From the IMG/VR virus record IMGVR_UViG_3300021376_000007: 64,000 nucleotides of DNA; one strand, written 5' to 3'. Below the pieces are notes generated by a model, which saw nothing but the letters and a program-made list of their open reading frames with translations, did not search any database and was not told the origin of the DNA. Positions 1-10,373 of this stretch are shown here, piece after piece. The stretch is from a virus. The first letter of the stretch is position 1. Each line of letters opens with the position of its first letter. The position numbers were made by a program, and so were the translations under genes.

Positions 1-2
1 GA

Positions 3-722
3 AAAACTACTGTAGCAGAAAATTTAGTTCCCAAAGGATCAATAGATGTATCAATAGGTGGGATAAAATGGGACCACATTTTTTATGCATTACCCATATA
101 CGAACTTGCATCAATCAAAAGAACCATTAGCGGAACAAACGCAAAGAATAGACAGCTGTATGCCATACATGAAGTTTTGTTTGAGGTTTATGGCGGATCC
201 GCTCTAGGCAATATACCATCTTATGAGACTTTGGTTGAAAAAGTTAGTTTACTTTACCATTTACCAATAGAGCCGGAAGGTATAAAGCCAAGAAGTTTTA
301 TGCAGGAAGCAGGAGATATCTGTAGACATGGATTTGAAGATTGCTTTGCAACGTGGGCAATATCAAAATCACATAAAATGTTTTCTTCATACAGAAAGTC
401 TCTATCTGAAGATGAGGCCCGTGATCCCTTTGCTGTTATAATTTCTGATGTGAGATTTATAAACGAGGCGCAGAAGATACTGGAACAGCCCAACGGAATT
501 ATAGTCTGCTTTGACGCAACAGAAGAGGTTTTATTAGATAGAATAATGAAAAGAGATGGCAGACCGATGACTGATCAGCAATCGTCTCATAAATCAGAAC
601 AACAAATTAGCACCATAGCAAGTATGTCCAATTATGTTGTAGATACATCTGATATGTCGATTGAAGAACAGGTGTCTAGTACGCTAAAATGTATCGGTAT
701 ACTTAAGGAGCAAAATGCCTAA
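3..722 (+). CDS. Deoxynucleoside monophosphate kinase-like P-loop protein (5'-truncated by window)
   Basis: Frame is open from base 3 (KTTVAE, end of a Walker A). Contains SDVRFINE, the DxRFxNE motif of phage dNMP kinases. Confidence 0.75.
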   Translation, partial: KTTVAENLVPKGSIDVSIGGIKWDHIFYALPIYELASIKRTISGTNAKNRQLYAIHEVLFEVYGGSALGNIPSYETLVEKVSLLYHLPIEPEGIKPRSFMQEAGDICRHGFEDCFATWAISKSHKMFSSYRKSLSEDEARDPFAVIISDVRFINEAQKILEQPNGIIVCFDATEEVLLDRIMKRDGRPMTDQQSSHKSEQQISTIASMSNYVVDTSDMSIEEQVSSTLKCIGILKEQNA

Positions 723-1035
723 GATAACCAGAACAGCACAGGAACAATCAACAGGCTCCCCAATAGAACAGGTGATAAATTTAATGGCACAAGAAATATC
801 TATATCAACAAATCCAGTGTTTATATGTGGTGTAAACAGAAAGATTAACATAGGAAACTTTGAAAATATTGACGTATATGCTGGCGTTACTATACCATTG
901 ATTAACATAGATCCATCAGATAGAGAGGCTCTTTCTGAGGCCGTCAAGGCCGCTGCCGTAGATGGTTTTTCAATGGTCTCCAGAGAAACTGGCGAAAGAT
1001 ATACTTTAATTAAAGAATCTCAACAGGGTAAATAG
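715..1035 (+). CDS. Hypothetical phage protein
   Basis: 106 aa ORF with AAGGAG SD, overlapping the upstream stop. Confidence 0.6.
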   Translation: MPKITRTAQEQSTGSPIEQVINLMAQEISISTNPVFICGVNRKINIGNFENIDVYAGVTIPLINIDPSDREALSEAVKAAAVDGFSMVSRETGERYTLIKESQQGK

Positions 1036-1112
1036 TATTTAATTTGCATTTTCTAGAAAAAACCTGTATTATATTTAATGAATTAATTCAACTTTTAAAA
1101 CAAGAGGTTAAA

Positions 1113-1424
1113 ATGATTAAAAAGCTAGCAAAAAAAATTACTTCTCTTTTGGGTAAAGCTAAAAGAAAAAACGTTAAGTCTGGTCAAGACGTATTTATTA
1201 ATTCGTTGATTGATAAGATTTCAAATGATGTTAATGAAGTAGCTAAAGCCGTAGATGAAGCAGTCACTAATGTTTCTGGAGCAGCTGCAAAAGAGGCCAA
1301 AAAGGTTGCCAAGGTCGTAGAGACTAAAGTGCCTACTAAGCCAAAAGCAGATAAACCAAAGACATCTGCAGCAGATTCAGGAGCTCCAAAGAAAAAGGGA
1401 AGACCTAAAAAAACAGCTGAATAA
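1113..1424 (+). CDS. Hypothetical protein with Lys/Ala/Pro-rich basic tail
   Basis: GAGG SD before ATG 1113; C-terminus PKKKGRPKK is AT-hook-like. Confidence 0.55.
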   Translation: MIKKLAKKITSLLGKAKRKNVKSGQDVFINSLIDKISNDVNEVAKAVDEAVTNVSGAAAKEAKKVAKVVETKVPTKPKADKPKTSAADSGAPKKKGRPKKTAE

Positions 1425-1434
1425 TACATTGCAA

Positions 1435-1480
1435 AAATGAAGGTCCTTTTATTCTGCAAAAGTTTAAGAGGACCTCATTT
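1435..1480 (+). terminator. Stem-loop, putative terminator
   Basis: Imperfect inverted repeat AAATGAAGGTCCT / AGGACCTCATTT after the ORF stop. Confidence 0.4.
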
Positions 1481-1755
1481 GCGTTACTATGTACCCTATG
1501 TCATTTGGTAAATATCGAAAAGTATCAAAAAATAATTGGTCAAATCTTGAAAATAAAAAATCTAATCCCGAAGAAAATGAATCAGAAAATCAAGAAAAAA
1601 ACCAACCAGAGCCCGAGGAATAAATATGCCCTTCAAAAAAATGATTAAAATTGGAGGCTTTAAATATAATACACAACCGAAAATGGGTTCCAGCAATGTT
1701 ATGTATGGGGTTTTTTTAAATAACGCAAAAAAAACAAAGAAAAAAGGAAAAAGCA

Positions 1756-2065
1756 ATGGCAAAAAAAGATCCTAGACTTGCAAGAGCCCGGAGTTTCTGG
1801 CTTTAATCAACCCAAAAGAACCCCAAGTCATCCTACAAAATCTCACATAGTCGTTGCCAAGTCTGGTGATCAGGTAAAAACAATTAGATTTGGTCAACAA
1901 GGCGTAAAAACAAATCAAACAGTTGGCCAAAGAAAAGCTTTTAAGTCTCGTCACGCAAAAAATATTTCTAAAGGAAAAATGTCTGCCGCGTACTGGGCGG
2001 ATAGGGTAAAGTGGAGTCCCAGTAAAACACAATCATCTTCTAAAAAATGGGTAAAAGGATCATAA
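1756..2065 (+). CDS. Small basic conserved phage protein; needs +1 shift at CGGA 1789-1792
   Basis: MAKKDPRLARA-[CGGA=G]-VSGFNQPKRTPSHPTKSHIVVAK...IRFGQQG...SAAYWADRVKW. Resembles a widespread phage protein family from memory; 102 aa when joined. Confidence 0.75.
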
Positions 2066-2066
2066 T

Positions 2067-2297
2067 ATGGAAGCTGTAATCGTTGCAACAATTGCTTCCG
2101 TAGGAGCGGTATTGGTTGCCCTAGTGCAAAAAGGTAGGGCAGAAAACAAGGTAGATCATAATACAGTCACCGACATGATTGTTGGCGTAAAAGATGATAT
2201 AATAAGTTTACACTTTAAGATAGATCATGTTGATGATCAGGTGGACAAAGTCGACGATAAGATTGATATGCATATAAAATCTCATCGAAGAAAATAA
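2067..2297 (+). CDS. Small membrane-anchored coiled-coil protein
   Basis: N-terminal hydrophobic helix followed by heptad repeats. Confidence 0.55.
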   Translation: MEAVIVATIASVGAVLVALVQKGRAENKVDHNTVTDMIVGVKDDIISLHFKIDHVDDQVDKVDDKIDMHIKSHRRK

Positions 2298-2324
2298 TAC
2301 TAGTATTAAAACAAGGAGAAAAAA

Positions 2325-2543
2325 ATGGCAAAGAAAATGTCAAAAGCTGGCAAGGGCGTATCAGCCCCAGAGCCAACAGTAAGCGCAGGTCAAGCAAAGA
2401 TGGGTCAGAGACCTATTAAAGATAGCAAGGGCAAAAAAATTGAAACAAAAGGCGCTACTGCAGCAAAAAACTCAGTTTCGTCTGGTCAGATGAAAATGGC
2501 CAAGAGACCAATCAAAAATTCAAAAGGTAAGGTTATTGGCTGA
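2325..2543 (+). CDS. Small Lys-rich protein with internal duplication
   Basis: VSAGQAKMGQRPIKDSKGK is repeated as VSSGQMKMAKRPIKNSKGK; AAGGAG SD. Confidence 0.6.
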   Translation: MAKKMSKAGKGVSAPEPTVSAGQAKMGQRPIKDSKGKKIETKGATAAKNSVSSGQMKMAKRPIKNSKGKVIG

Positions 2544-2633
2544 TAACTGAGTAAATTATACTCAAAAACAGAATCGGGGATGGTACTATATATGTGTATC
2601 GTCCCCGATTTTCAATTACAAAGGAAGATAAAA

Positions 2634-2777
2634 ATGGCATATGACAAAAAAAATAACAAAGCAATGACCGGCAAAAAGGCAGCCCCTGCAAAAAATGGAT
2701 CAGGCTTAACAGCAAAGCAAAAGAAACTACCTCCTTTTATTCAGAAAGCAATTCTTGCCAAGAAAAAAGGAAAGTAA
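2634..2777 (+). CDS. Small basic protein
   Basis: MAYDKK...LTAKQKKLPPFIQKAILAKKKGK; AAGGA SD. Confidence 0.55.
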   Translation: MAYDKKNNKAMTGKKAAPAKNGSGLTAKQKKLPPFIQKAILAKKKGK

Positions 2778-2778
2778 T

Positions 2779-2988
2779 ATGGTCTCAAAAAAGAATCCAG
2801 ACAAAAAATGGATTCAACGTGCGATAAAAAGACCTGGTGCCTTTACCGCTAAAGCAAAAAGGGCTGGCAAGTCAGTTGCTGGGATGGTATCTGCTGTGAC
2901 TAAAAATCCAGAAAAGTATAGCAAACTTACTGTTCAGCAAGCAAACCTTGCAAAAACTCTTAGGAAGATTAACAAAAAAGGTAAATAA
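2779..2988 (+). CDS. Small basic phage protein
   Basis: KKWIQRAIKRPGAFTAKAK...QANLAKTLRK; tightly packed in the operon. Confidence 0.6.
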   Translation: MVSKKNPDKKWIQRAIKRPGAFTAKAKRAGKSVAGMVSAVTKNPEKYSKLTVQQANLAKTLRKINKKGK

Positions 2989-2989
2989 A

Positions 2990-3163
2990 ATGGCTAGAAA
3001 AAAAAGTAAAACTTCAGTTTACAACAACGCAGGCAAAACCGTAGATGCCAGCATCGATGGAACAAGGTCAGTACCAAAAATGAAAAAGAGTATGTACGGA
3101 AAAGCAGACTCAAAAACTTTTTCTACAAAGACTAAGGGATTAAAAAATGGCAAAAGTAAATAA
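2990..3163 (+). CDS. Small basic protein
   Basis: Lys-rich ORF starting immediately after the upstream stop. Confidence 0.5.
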   Translation: MARKKSKTSVYNNAGKTVDASIDGTRSVPKMKKSMYGKADSKTFSTKTKGLKNGKSK

Positions 3164-3326
3164 ACCAACAAAACCGGGACTTTGGTCTTCGGCAAAATCG
3201 CAGGCTAAAGCTAAGTTTGATGTCTATCCTTCAGCTTATGCGAATGCCTGGGCAGCAAAAAAATATAAGTCAATGGGTGGTGGATGGAGAACTGTCTCAA
3301 CCAAGAAAGCAAAGAAGAGCAAGTAA
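3147..3326 (+). CDS. Small basic phage protein (PSAYAN motif); absent from the ORF track
   Basis: MAKVNKPTKPGLWSSAKSQAKAKFDVYPSAYANAWAAKKYKSMGGGW, 59 aa. Confidence 0.65.
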   Translation: MAKVNKPTKPGLWSSAKSQAKAKFDVYPSAYANAWAAKKYKSMGGGWRTVSTKKAKKSK

Positions 3327-3614
3327 ATGCCAGGTCCTAAAGGCGTTGGATTAACTAAGTGGTTTGACCAAAAATGGGTTAATATTGGCGCGCCCAAGAA
3401 AAAGGGAAAGTTTCGACCCTGCGGAACTTCAGGGGCTGGAGGATCTGGGTACGCTAAATGTGTTCCTGTGGCTAAGGCAAGATCAATGAGCGCAGGACAA
3501 AGAAAAAGCGCAGTTCAAAGAAAGAGGGCGTCCGGCACCCCAATAAAAGGGGTGAAAGGTCAGGCGCCAAAAAACGTTGCTACCTATGCAAAGGGTTTAA
3601 AAAAGAAAAAATAA
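3327..3614 (+). CDS. Small basic phage protein (DUF5872-like)
   Basis: LTKWFDQKW...PCG...YAKCVP pattern. Confidence 0.55.
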   Translation: MPGPKGVGLTKWFDQKWVNIGAPKKKGKFRPCGTSGAGGSGYAKCVPVAKARSMSAGQRKSAVQRKRASGTPIKGVKGQAPKNVATYAKGLKKKK

Positions 3615-3616
3615 TT

Positions 3617-3835
3617 ATGAGTAGCAATAACCTAGAAGCTTTTAGCGGGTTTATGCCTATGATTTCTCAAATAAGCTTGACTAGTGAAAACACAATGCTG
3701 GACACAGAAGGGCAAATAGTTAAGGCTCATGAATTTAAGATTACTACTAGAGATAACAAAGAACATATCTTTAGCATTGAAAATATAGATCTTATGAGAC
3801 TTTATTTTTTAATAATGAAAATTAATAATTCTTAA
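3617..3835 (+). CDS. Hypothetical protein
   Basis: 72 aa ORF in operon. Confidence 0.5.
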   Translation: MSSNNLEAFSGFMPMISQISLTSENTMLDTEGQIVKAHEFKITTRDNKEHIFSIENIDLMRLYFLIMKINNS

Positions 3836-3844
3836 GGAGAAATT

Positions 3845-4085
3845 ATGTTACCAAGTAGAGAAGTTCGAGAAGCAGCTGAATCTATTGCAAGAAGCCAAAG
3901 GCGTGGAAGGGTAATACTTGGTGGTGGCTTAGCTGCCCTTGGGACAGGTACTATGATTCATGAGGCTAACAGAACCGGGATGACGGGTCCACCCACTCCA
4001 ATGATGATAGCGGGTTCAATTGCAGCTGCGGGAGGATATAGCAAACTAGCTAGGCGGATTGTATAGGGGAAGGGAATTTCTCTGA
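3845..4085 (+). CDS. Small Gly/Ala-rich protein; ends at 4066, or at 4085 if CGGA 4055-4058 is read as Gly
   Basis: AAGGAG SD; in-frame CGG-A near the 3' end. Confidence 0.5.
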
Positions 4086-4214
4086 GCGGATTTTTTTAAT
4101 TTGAATACCCGGTATGCGCCTGCAACAACTCTAGATAATAACGCATGCTCCGCAGTTTGCAGGTAAAAGATAAAACCGATATAATATATCCTTGAATCTA
4201 CAGTAGGGATATAT

Positions 4215-4454
4215 ATGACAGAACAGATGTGGACATGGCTATTGTTTGCCATGGAACTAATTGGTGTTGGCGGAAGCTATCTAGTTGGAAACAAGAAATG
4301 GTATGGCCATCTCATAGTCGCTCTTCATTCGTTTCCTTGGCTAATATACTCACTTATTTTTAATAAACCAGGATTTTTTGCCATGTGGATACTGTGGCAA
4401 TGTGTTCACTGGAGAAACATGGTTAAGTGGAGGAGCAATGGGCAAAGAGATTAA
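4215..4454 (+). CDS. Small membrane protein (PnuC-like fragment)
   Basis: About 3 hydrophobic Trp-rich helices. Confidence 0.5.
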   Translation: MTEQMWTWLLFAMELIGVGGSYLVGNKKWYGHLIVALHSFPWLIYSLIFNKPGFFAMWILWQCVHWRNMVKWRSNGQRD

Positions 4455-5175
4455 AGTTTCGGTTATATTAACTAGTTATAATAATCCGAAATATTTAATG
4501 CGAGCTATAAAATCAGTTCTTGCTCAAACATATGAAAATATTGAGCTGATAATAGCTGACGACAATTCTTCCGATGAAGAAGTCTACAAAATAATTCGTC
4601 TATATTTAGACAATCCAAAAGTAAAATATTACAACTCTCAGGTAGCAAAAGAAAATAGACTTAAGACGGCACGTTACGCAACGCAAATTAACACCGCTGT
4701 AAAATACATATCTACAGGCACTCATCTCCTGTATTTAGCTGATGATGATTATTATTATCCACAAATGATAGAAAAAATGGTTGAGTTTGTTGAAAGAACA
4801 AATCATGATGTATGCTTTTGTGCACAGCATGTGCGAGATGTTGATGACAACATAGATGGTGGCGGTATTGATGGTCGTGGTGTCAGATGGTTTCAAGAAG
4901 TTCTAATACGTGGTGCAGACAAGTTAGATCATAATCAGGTGATGACATCTCGTCACGCATATGATCAAGTTGATGGATGGGAAGACGCCGCCTGGTGTTG
5001 GGCAGGAGCTGACGCAGCTTTTTTTGATAGGCTACAAAGAGCAGGGTATATGTTCTATCCAATTGATTTTACAGAACCACTCCAAGCAAAAATGTACAGA
5101 GAAAACTCAGTACAGTGGAACATGGCAAATAATCTAGATCCGATTGGAGGGCAATTAGCAAATGAGCAGTGTTAA
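4438..5175 (+). CDS. Glycosyltransferase family 2
   Basis: VSVILTSYN...IIADDNSSD...YLADDD (GT-A motifs); GAGGAG SD before ATG 4438. Confidence 0.85.
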   Translation: MGKEIKVSVILTSYNNPKYLMRAIKSVLAQTYENIELIIADDNSSDEEVYKIIRLYLDNPKVKYYNSQVAKENRLKTARYATQINTAVKYISTGTHLLYLADDDYYYPQMIEKMVEFVERTNHDVCFCAQHVRDVDDNIDGGGIDGRGVRWFQEVLIRGADKLDHNQVMTSRHAYDQVDGWEDAAWCWAGADAAFFDRLQRAGYMFYPIDFTEPLQAKMYRENSVQWNMANNLDPIGGQLANEQC

Positions 5176-6049
5176 TTTTTGGGCTGTTGGCATGGCGAGA
5201 GATGAAGGTGACATTATTGATCACACCATGTATCACTTTGCAGCTAATGGAGCAGCTGGAATTATAGTTGCAGACAATCTATCTAAAGATGATACAAGAG
5301 AAAGAATGGAAGAAGCTAAAGAGAATATAGCTAAATTTAATCCAGAGATTAAAGTTATTATTTTAGAAGATAATATAGTTCAATACACTCAGTCTCAAAA
5401 AATGACCAACTTAGCTGCTATGGCTCGTGAAAATGGAGCCAAATGGATTGTTCCTTTTGATATTGATGAGATCTGGCATTCGTCAAAAGGAACTTTGCAG
5501 GAAGCGTTTGAGGAATTAGATAGTCAAGAATATGACGCATATAGGGTTTTGTATACCAATCATTCTATTACAGAGTTTGATGAGCCAGGATTATCTCCTT
5601 TTCATTCCATAAAATATAAATGGAACCTTCCAACTAACCACAAGTGTTGTTTTAGGTTTAGGCCATCAGACAAATCTGTATCAATTTCTAATGGAAACCA
5701 TTTGGTTCAGTACAATGGGTGGAACTATATGTCAAATATTAATATAGCTATTGATGATTATGGTCATGATAAAATTATATTTGGCCCACAATTACTAGCA
5801 ATTAGACATTTTCAATGGAGATCTCTGGATCATTTTATGAAAAAAATTCTCAATGCCTACGAAGCCTGTAAAGCTTTAGGTCCTGGGGCAGATCTATACA
5901 GCGGTGCAGCATGGGCTGAACACTTTAATATCTACGAAGCTGATGGATTAGATGGATTAGTACAGTATTTTGACAACAATATTTTAGTAACTCAAGACAC
6001 TGGATCTTTAATCTATGATCCAGCCCCAATCATGGAGTTACCAGCATGA
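5162..6049 (+). CDS. Glycosyltransferase (GT2-like)
   Basis: MARDEGDII...DNLSKD...PFDIDE...RHFQWRS. Confidence 0.8.
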   Translation: MSSVNFWAVGMARDEGDIIDHTMYHFAANGAAGIIVADNLSKDDTRERMEEAKENIAKFNPEIKVIILEDNIVQYTQSQKMTNLAAMARENGAKWIVPFDIDEIWHSSKGTLQEAFEELDSQEYDAYRVLYTNHSITEFDEPGLSPFHSIKYKWNLPTNHKCCFRFRPSDKSVSISNGNHLVQYNGWNYMSNINIAIDDYGHDKIIFGPQLLAIRHFQWRSLDHFMKKILNAYEACKALGPGADLYSGAAWAEHFNIYEADGLDGLVQYFDNNILVTQDTGSLIYDPAPIMELPA

Positions 6050-6702
6050 ATAAAGTATCATTAGTGGTTATTACAGATGGAAGACAGTCATGCATAGAGC
6101 AAACCATAGATAGGTTTGAGGATGTTATTAATTATTCTTTTTGTGAAAGAGTAATAATAAATGACTCTGGCGATATAAGATATCATAATTTTTTAACAAA
6201 CGCTTTTCCAATGTTTAAAATTATTTCACACGAGCAAAGAAGAGGATTGGCTGGTGCAGTACAGTCAGTTTGGAGTTCTATTGGTGAAGAGTCTGAATAT
6301 GTCTTTCATCTAGAAGACGATTTTATTGTCAAAAGAAAATTTGATATAGATCATATGATTTTCTTACTGAAAAACAATTTGCACTTAATACAAATGGCTT
6401 TAGTTAGGGACCCTGTTAATCCACCAGAAGAAGAAGTTGGTGGATTTGTATTTCAGCACAAAGAATCTTATGAGCAAAAAGGTGATTTTTTTGAACATGG
6501 TAGACTGTTTACTTTAAACCCATGTGTGTATCCAATCTCTACTACACGAATTGGTTGGCCAGACCATGGTGGGGAATCTGAGTTTACACAAAAAGTTCAT
6601 TCAATAAACAAGCAACTAAGATTTGGTTATTACGGAAACATGTATGATGAACCACTTGTTACACACATAGGCGGCAGAAGAAGTGAGGGTTGGTTTTTAT
6701 AA
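6046..6702 (+). CDS. Glycosyltransferase (GT-A fold)
   Basis: IINDSG, FHLEDDF and HIGG motifs. Confidence 0.75.
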   Translation: MNKVSLVVITDGRQSCIEQTIDRFEDVINYSFCERVIINDSGDIRYHNFLTNAFPMFKIISHEQRRGLAGAVQSVWSSIGEESEYVFHLEDDFIVKRKFDIDHMIFLLKNNLHLIQMALVRDPVNPPEEEVGGFVFQHKESYEQKGDFFEHGRLFTLNPCVYPISTTRIGWPDHGGESEFTQKVHSINKQLRFGYYGNMYDEPLVTHIGGRRSEGWFL

Positions 6703-7371
6703 ATGTTTATAATCCCATGTAAATTTGATAAAAACTACCCAATAGTTTTTCAATGTATTGAATCAATAATAAAATTTCATCCAAATGAAAAAATTGTTTT
6801 AGTAGATTCTTCTTCATCTGATAAAAGTTATTTTAAGGACATAGATTCATCTGTACAAATATTTGATGTAGATAATAAAAACTATGCTTTAGAAGCATAT
6901 AATATAGGATACAATAACAATCCGCATGAAGATTTTTATTTTTGTATTCATGATTCATTAGTTCTTAATGGGAATATAGATTTTGTAAAAAACAATGATC
7001 TAACTACAATTAGATGGTGGGATTCTCCTCCGACCCCTATGGGCAGAGATGAAAATGATCAAGACTTAAGTGTCTGGGCAGATGAACAACTTAAAAAACA
7101 TATGGGCTTTGAACTACCCCACTATTACAAGGGCGTTTTTGGTCCAATGATGCTGGCCTCCAATAAAACAATGCAAGACCTCACTCAATCTGGGCTATTC
7201 AATATTCTTCCAATTAATAAATTTCAGTCCTGTGCAACAGAAAGATTGCTTGGCATAGCCCTTGGAAGATTGGGTTATGACGTAACAAATTCTCTTCAAG
7301 GTCCTATGAGTGATTTTTATGGTTTATATGATGAAAAATATGTTAAAAAGAACTATCTATTAAGAATGTAG
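6703..7371 (+). CDS. Glycosyltransferase-like protein
   Basis: LVDSSS, CIHDS and CATER motifs; within glycan cluster. Confidence 0.55.
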   Translation: MFIIPCKFDKNYPIVFQCIESIIKFHPNEKIVLVDSSSSDKSYFKDIDSSVQIFDVDNKNYALEAYNIGYNNNPHEDFYFCIHDSLVLNGNIDFVKNNDLTTIRWWDSPPTPMGRDENDQDLSVWADEQLKKHMGFELPHYYKGVFGPMMLASNKTMQDLTQSGLFNILPINKFQSCATERLLGIALGRLGYDVTNSLQGPMSDFYGLYDEKYVKKNYLLRM

Positions 7372-7376
7372 GGTTT

Positions 7377-8747
7377 ATGAATAATTTAGTTATTTTTGAT
7401 TTAGATGGAGTTTTATTAGACAGTAGGGAAGTTCATTACGAGGCATTGAATAATGCGCTTGAATTTTTTGGAAAACAATATATAATTTCTAGAGAAGAAC
7501 ATTTAAGCATATATGATGGTTTACCAACTACAAAAAAATTAAATACATTATCTGAAAATAAAAATCTTCCTACAAATCTTCATAATGAAGTTTGGAAAAA
7601 AAAACAAGAAGAAACTTTATTTATTTTCAATAAGCTTTTAAGAGATGAAGAACTAATATCATTTTTTAAAAAACTTAAATTTAATTCATTCAAGATTGCA
7701 GTTGCATCTAATAGCGTAAGAGATACTGTAAAATTAGTACTAATACGACTTGGACTAATTGAATATATAGACTACTTTGTAAGTAATGATGATGTAAAAA
7801 GAACAAAACCATTTCCAGAAATGTATTGGACATGCATGACTGCTTGCAACGCACTGCCAAGCACTACGGTAATCGTAGAGGATAGTCACATTGGCAGACA
7901 AGGAGCATTAGACAGTGGATCAACTCTTGTTGCAGTAGAGAATAGAAATGATTTAAATATTCAAAAAATTGATAAGATAATTAATATTTTATCTAAAAAA
8001 CAAAATAAAAACATACCATGGAAATCGGAAAGTATGAACGTATTAATACCTATGGCTGGTGCTGGTAGCAGATTTGAAGCAGTTGGATATACTTTTCCCA
8101 AACCGTTAATTGAAGTAAGCGGAAAACCTATGATTCAAGTAGTCGTAGAAAATTTAAATATAGAAGCAAATTATATATTTATCGTTCAAAAAGAACATTA
8201 TGAAAAATATAATTTACAATACTTATTAAATTTAATAGCCCCTAGATGCAGTATTATTCAAGTTGACTCCTTAACTGAAGGAGCTGCTTGCACTACCCTG
8301 TTAGCCAAGAAATTGATAGATAATGATTCTCCATTAATTATGGCAAACTCGGATCAATTTATTGAATGGAATAGCAATGAGGCATTATATGCTTTTAGTG
8401 CGGATGGGATTGACGGCGGAATACTTACTTTTGAGGCAACTCATCCTAAATGGTCATATGCAAAATTGGATGATGATGGTTTTGTTGCAGAAGTTGCAGA
8501 GAAAAAACCTATAAGTAACTTAGCTACTGTAGGTATTTACTTCTGGAAAAAGGGTTCAGATTATGTAAAATATGCAGAACAAATGATAGCTAAAGACATT
8601 AGGACAAATGGAGAATTTTATGTATGTCCAGTTTTTAATGAAGCTATACAAGATAATAAAAAAATTAGAGTTAAAAATATAGAAAAAATGTGGGGCATAG
8701 GTACTCCAGAGGATCTTAATTACTTTTTGGAGAATTATCAAAAATGA
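7377..8747 (+). CDS. HAD phosphatase-nucleotidyltransferase fusion
   Basis: N-terminal FDLDGVL/KPFP/VEDS; C-terminal IPMAGAGSRF...PKPLI, EKKPIS, GTPEDL. Confidence 0.85.
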   Translation: MNNLVIFDLDGVLLDSREVHYEALNNALEFFGKQYIISREEHLSIYDGLPTTKKLNTLSENKNLPTNLHNEVWKKKQEETLFIFNKLLRDEELISFFKKLKFNSFKIAVASNSVRDTVKLVLIRLGLIEYIDYFVSNDDVKRTKPFPEMYWTCMTACNALPSTTVIVEDSHIGRQGALDSGSTLVAVENRNDLNIQKIDKIINILSKKQNKNIPWKSESMNVLIPMAGAGSRFEAVGYTFPKPLIEVSGKPMIQVVVENLNIEANYIFIVQKEHYEKYNLQYLLNLIAPRCSIIQVDSLTEGAACTTLLAKKLIDNDSPLIMANSDQFIEWNSNEALYAFSADGIDGGILTFEATHPKWSYAKLDDDGFVAEVAEKKPISNLATVGIYFWKKGSDYVKYAEQMIAKDIRTNGEFYVCPVFNEAIQDNKKIRVKNIEKMWGIGTPEDLNYFLENYQK

Positions 8748-9181
8748 AACTTATTGCACACAGAGGTAACTTTGAGGGTATAAAAAAAGAACTAGAAAAT
8801 AAACCTGAGTATATAAATATAGCCTTAAATAATGGCTATGATGTAGAAATAGACGTAAGGTATGTTAATGGTTTATGGTATTTAGGTCATGATGAGCCAC
8901 AATATAAAGTTGATATAATAGATTATCTAGATAAAAGATGCTGGCTACACTGTAAAAATCCAAAAGCTTTTGAAAAATTATTTAATGATTATAACACTGC
9001 AAACTTTTTTTGGCATCAAACAGATGCGTATACTATGACATCATCTGGATTAATTTGGGCTTTTCCTGGATCAAAAAGATTAGATAATAGTGTTGTTTTA
9101 TTTCCAAAAAATTCAGAAGAAATCTTTAATGTTTATGGCGTGTGCGACAATGATTTTTCAGAAATAAAAACATGGATTTAA
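8744..9181 (+). CDS. Glycerophosphodiester phosphodiesterase-like protein
   Basis: IAHRGN...EN...DVEIDV...LGHD. Confidence 0.75.
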   Translation: MKLIAHRGNFEGIKKELENKPEYINIALNNGYDVEIDVRYVNGLWYLGHDEPQYKVDIIDYLDKRCWLHCKNPKAFEKLFNDYNTANFFWHQTDAYTMTSSGLIWAFPGSKRLDNSVVLFPKNSEEIFNVYGVCDNDFSEIKTWI

Positions 9182-9808
9182 TAATAGTTCGGAGCTGGTG
9201 GACATTCTAAAGATCTAGAATATATTGCCTTGTCAGACAAGTATGAACAATGGAATATTATTGGATTTTTAGATGATGATCCATCAATAAATAACAAACA
9301 TCTTCTCGGCGATGTGTCGTTTCTACCTTTTTTACTTGATAAATATCCTAAATTAAAATACACTATAGGGATTAATTCATCTAAAATAAGAAAAAAAATA
9401 GAATCAAAAATAAATAGAATTGACCGTGCAGCTAACCTTATCCATGACACAGCAGTAATAGGTTCATATTGCACTTTTGGCGGTGGTTTAACCATGGGTC
9501 CATATTCTGTTCTAACAACTAGAGTTAACCTAGGTGTACACGTGCACATAAACACAGCTTCTTCGATTAATCAGTCAAGTAATATTGGAGACTATTGCAC
9601 TTTAAGCCCTGGGTCAAGAATATGTGGTGATGTTAATATTGGTCACACAACATCAATAGGAGCAGGGGCTGTTGTCATTAACTTTAAAAATGTAGGATCA
9701 AATTGCACTTTAGGGGCAGGAACTGTTGTGATAGATGACGCAGAAGATGGAGCTACCGTAGTAGGAGTTCCTGGAAGGCCAATTAAAAGATTTGGCGAAT
9801 ACATATAG
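9172..9808 (+). CDS. NeuD/PglD-family sugar acetyltransferase; needs +1 shift at CGGA 9190-9193
   Basis: MDLIIV-[CGGA=G]-AGGHSK restores the family GAGGH motif; also GFLDD, hexapeptide repeats and VVGVPG; 211 aa when joined. Confidence 0.85.
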
Positions 9809-9827
9809 TCATTACTATTAAGGACAA

Positions 9828-10373
9828 ATGACAAAAGGAGATAGTAAAATTATGCCAAGAAAGTATACTGGAAACTCAGACGGCAACGGTAATGGTCCCA
9901 AGCCTGGCACCGAGAAGCTTCTAGAGCTCTGCAAGAAAAGGTGGGGTTTTTCTAATTTGGGGATTTATGTCAATAGAAGAATGAGGAATCCTGCAGCCGA
10001 CAAAGACCCAAATAACCCAAAGTGGCTGAGCGTTCATGCAACGGGCAGGGCAATCGATATGGGTTATACAGACCGCAAGAAGGCTGTTGAGGCATGGGAT
10101 TGGTTTATGAAGTACACCAAAGAGCTCGGCATCGAGGAGGTTCACGACTACGCCTATGACTCTAACGTTAAGGATAAGCAACTCGGCTGGGGCCGTGGTT
10201 ATCGCTGCAGTCGCGGTGAAGGCGAAAAAGGCGTAAAGATTTATGACGCCAAAGACAATGCTGGTTCGCAAGGCGGCAAGTGGTTGCACATAGAACTATC
10301 ACCAGAGATGGCCAAAGATGCCACAAAATTTGAGGCTGCATGGAGAGCACTTCCTAAGCCTGGTCAAGCCTAA
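9828..10373 (+). CDS. Endolysin-like zinc peptidase (M15-type)
   Basis: SVHATGRAID and WLHIE motifs. Confidence 0.7.
   Translation: MTKGDSKIMPRKYTGNSDGNGNGPKPGTEKLLELCKKRWGFSNLGIYVNRRMRNPAADKDPNNPKWLSVHATGRAIDMGYTDRKKAVEAWDWFMKYTKELGIEEVHDYAYDSNVKDKQLGWGRGYRCSRGEGEKGVKIYDAKDNAGSQGGKWLHIELSPEMAKDATKFEAAWRALPKPGQA

Noticed and set aside
1786-1792. Homopolymer sequencing error as the explanation for the frameshifts
   Set aside because: Only this site has a C run. The others (GTT-CGGA, GGG-CGGA, TCG-CGGA, CTA-CGGA) share only CGGA at a codon boundary. A systematic error is still not excluded without reads.
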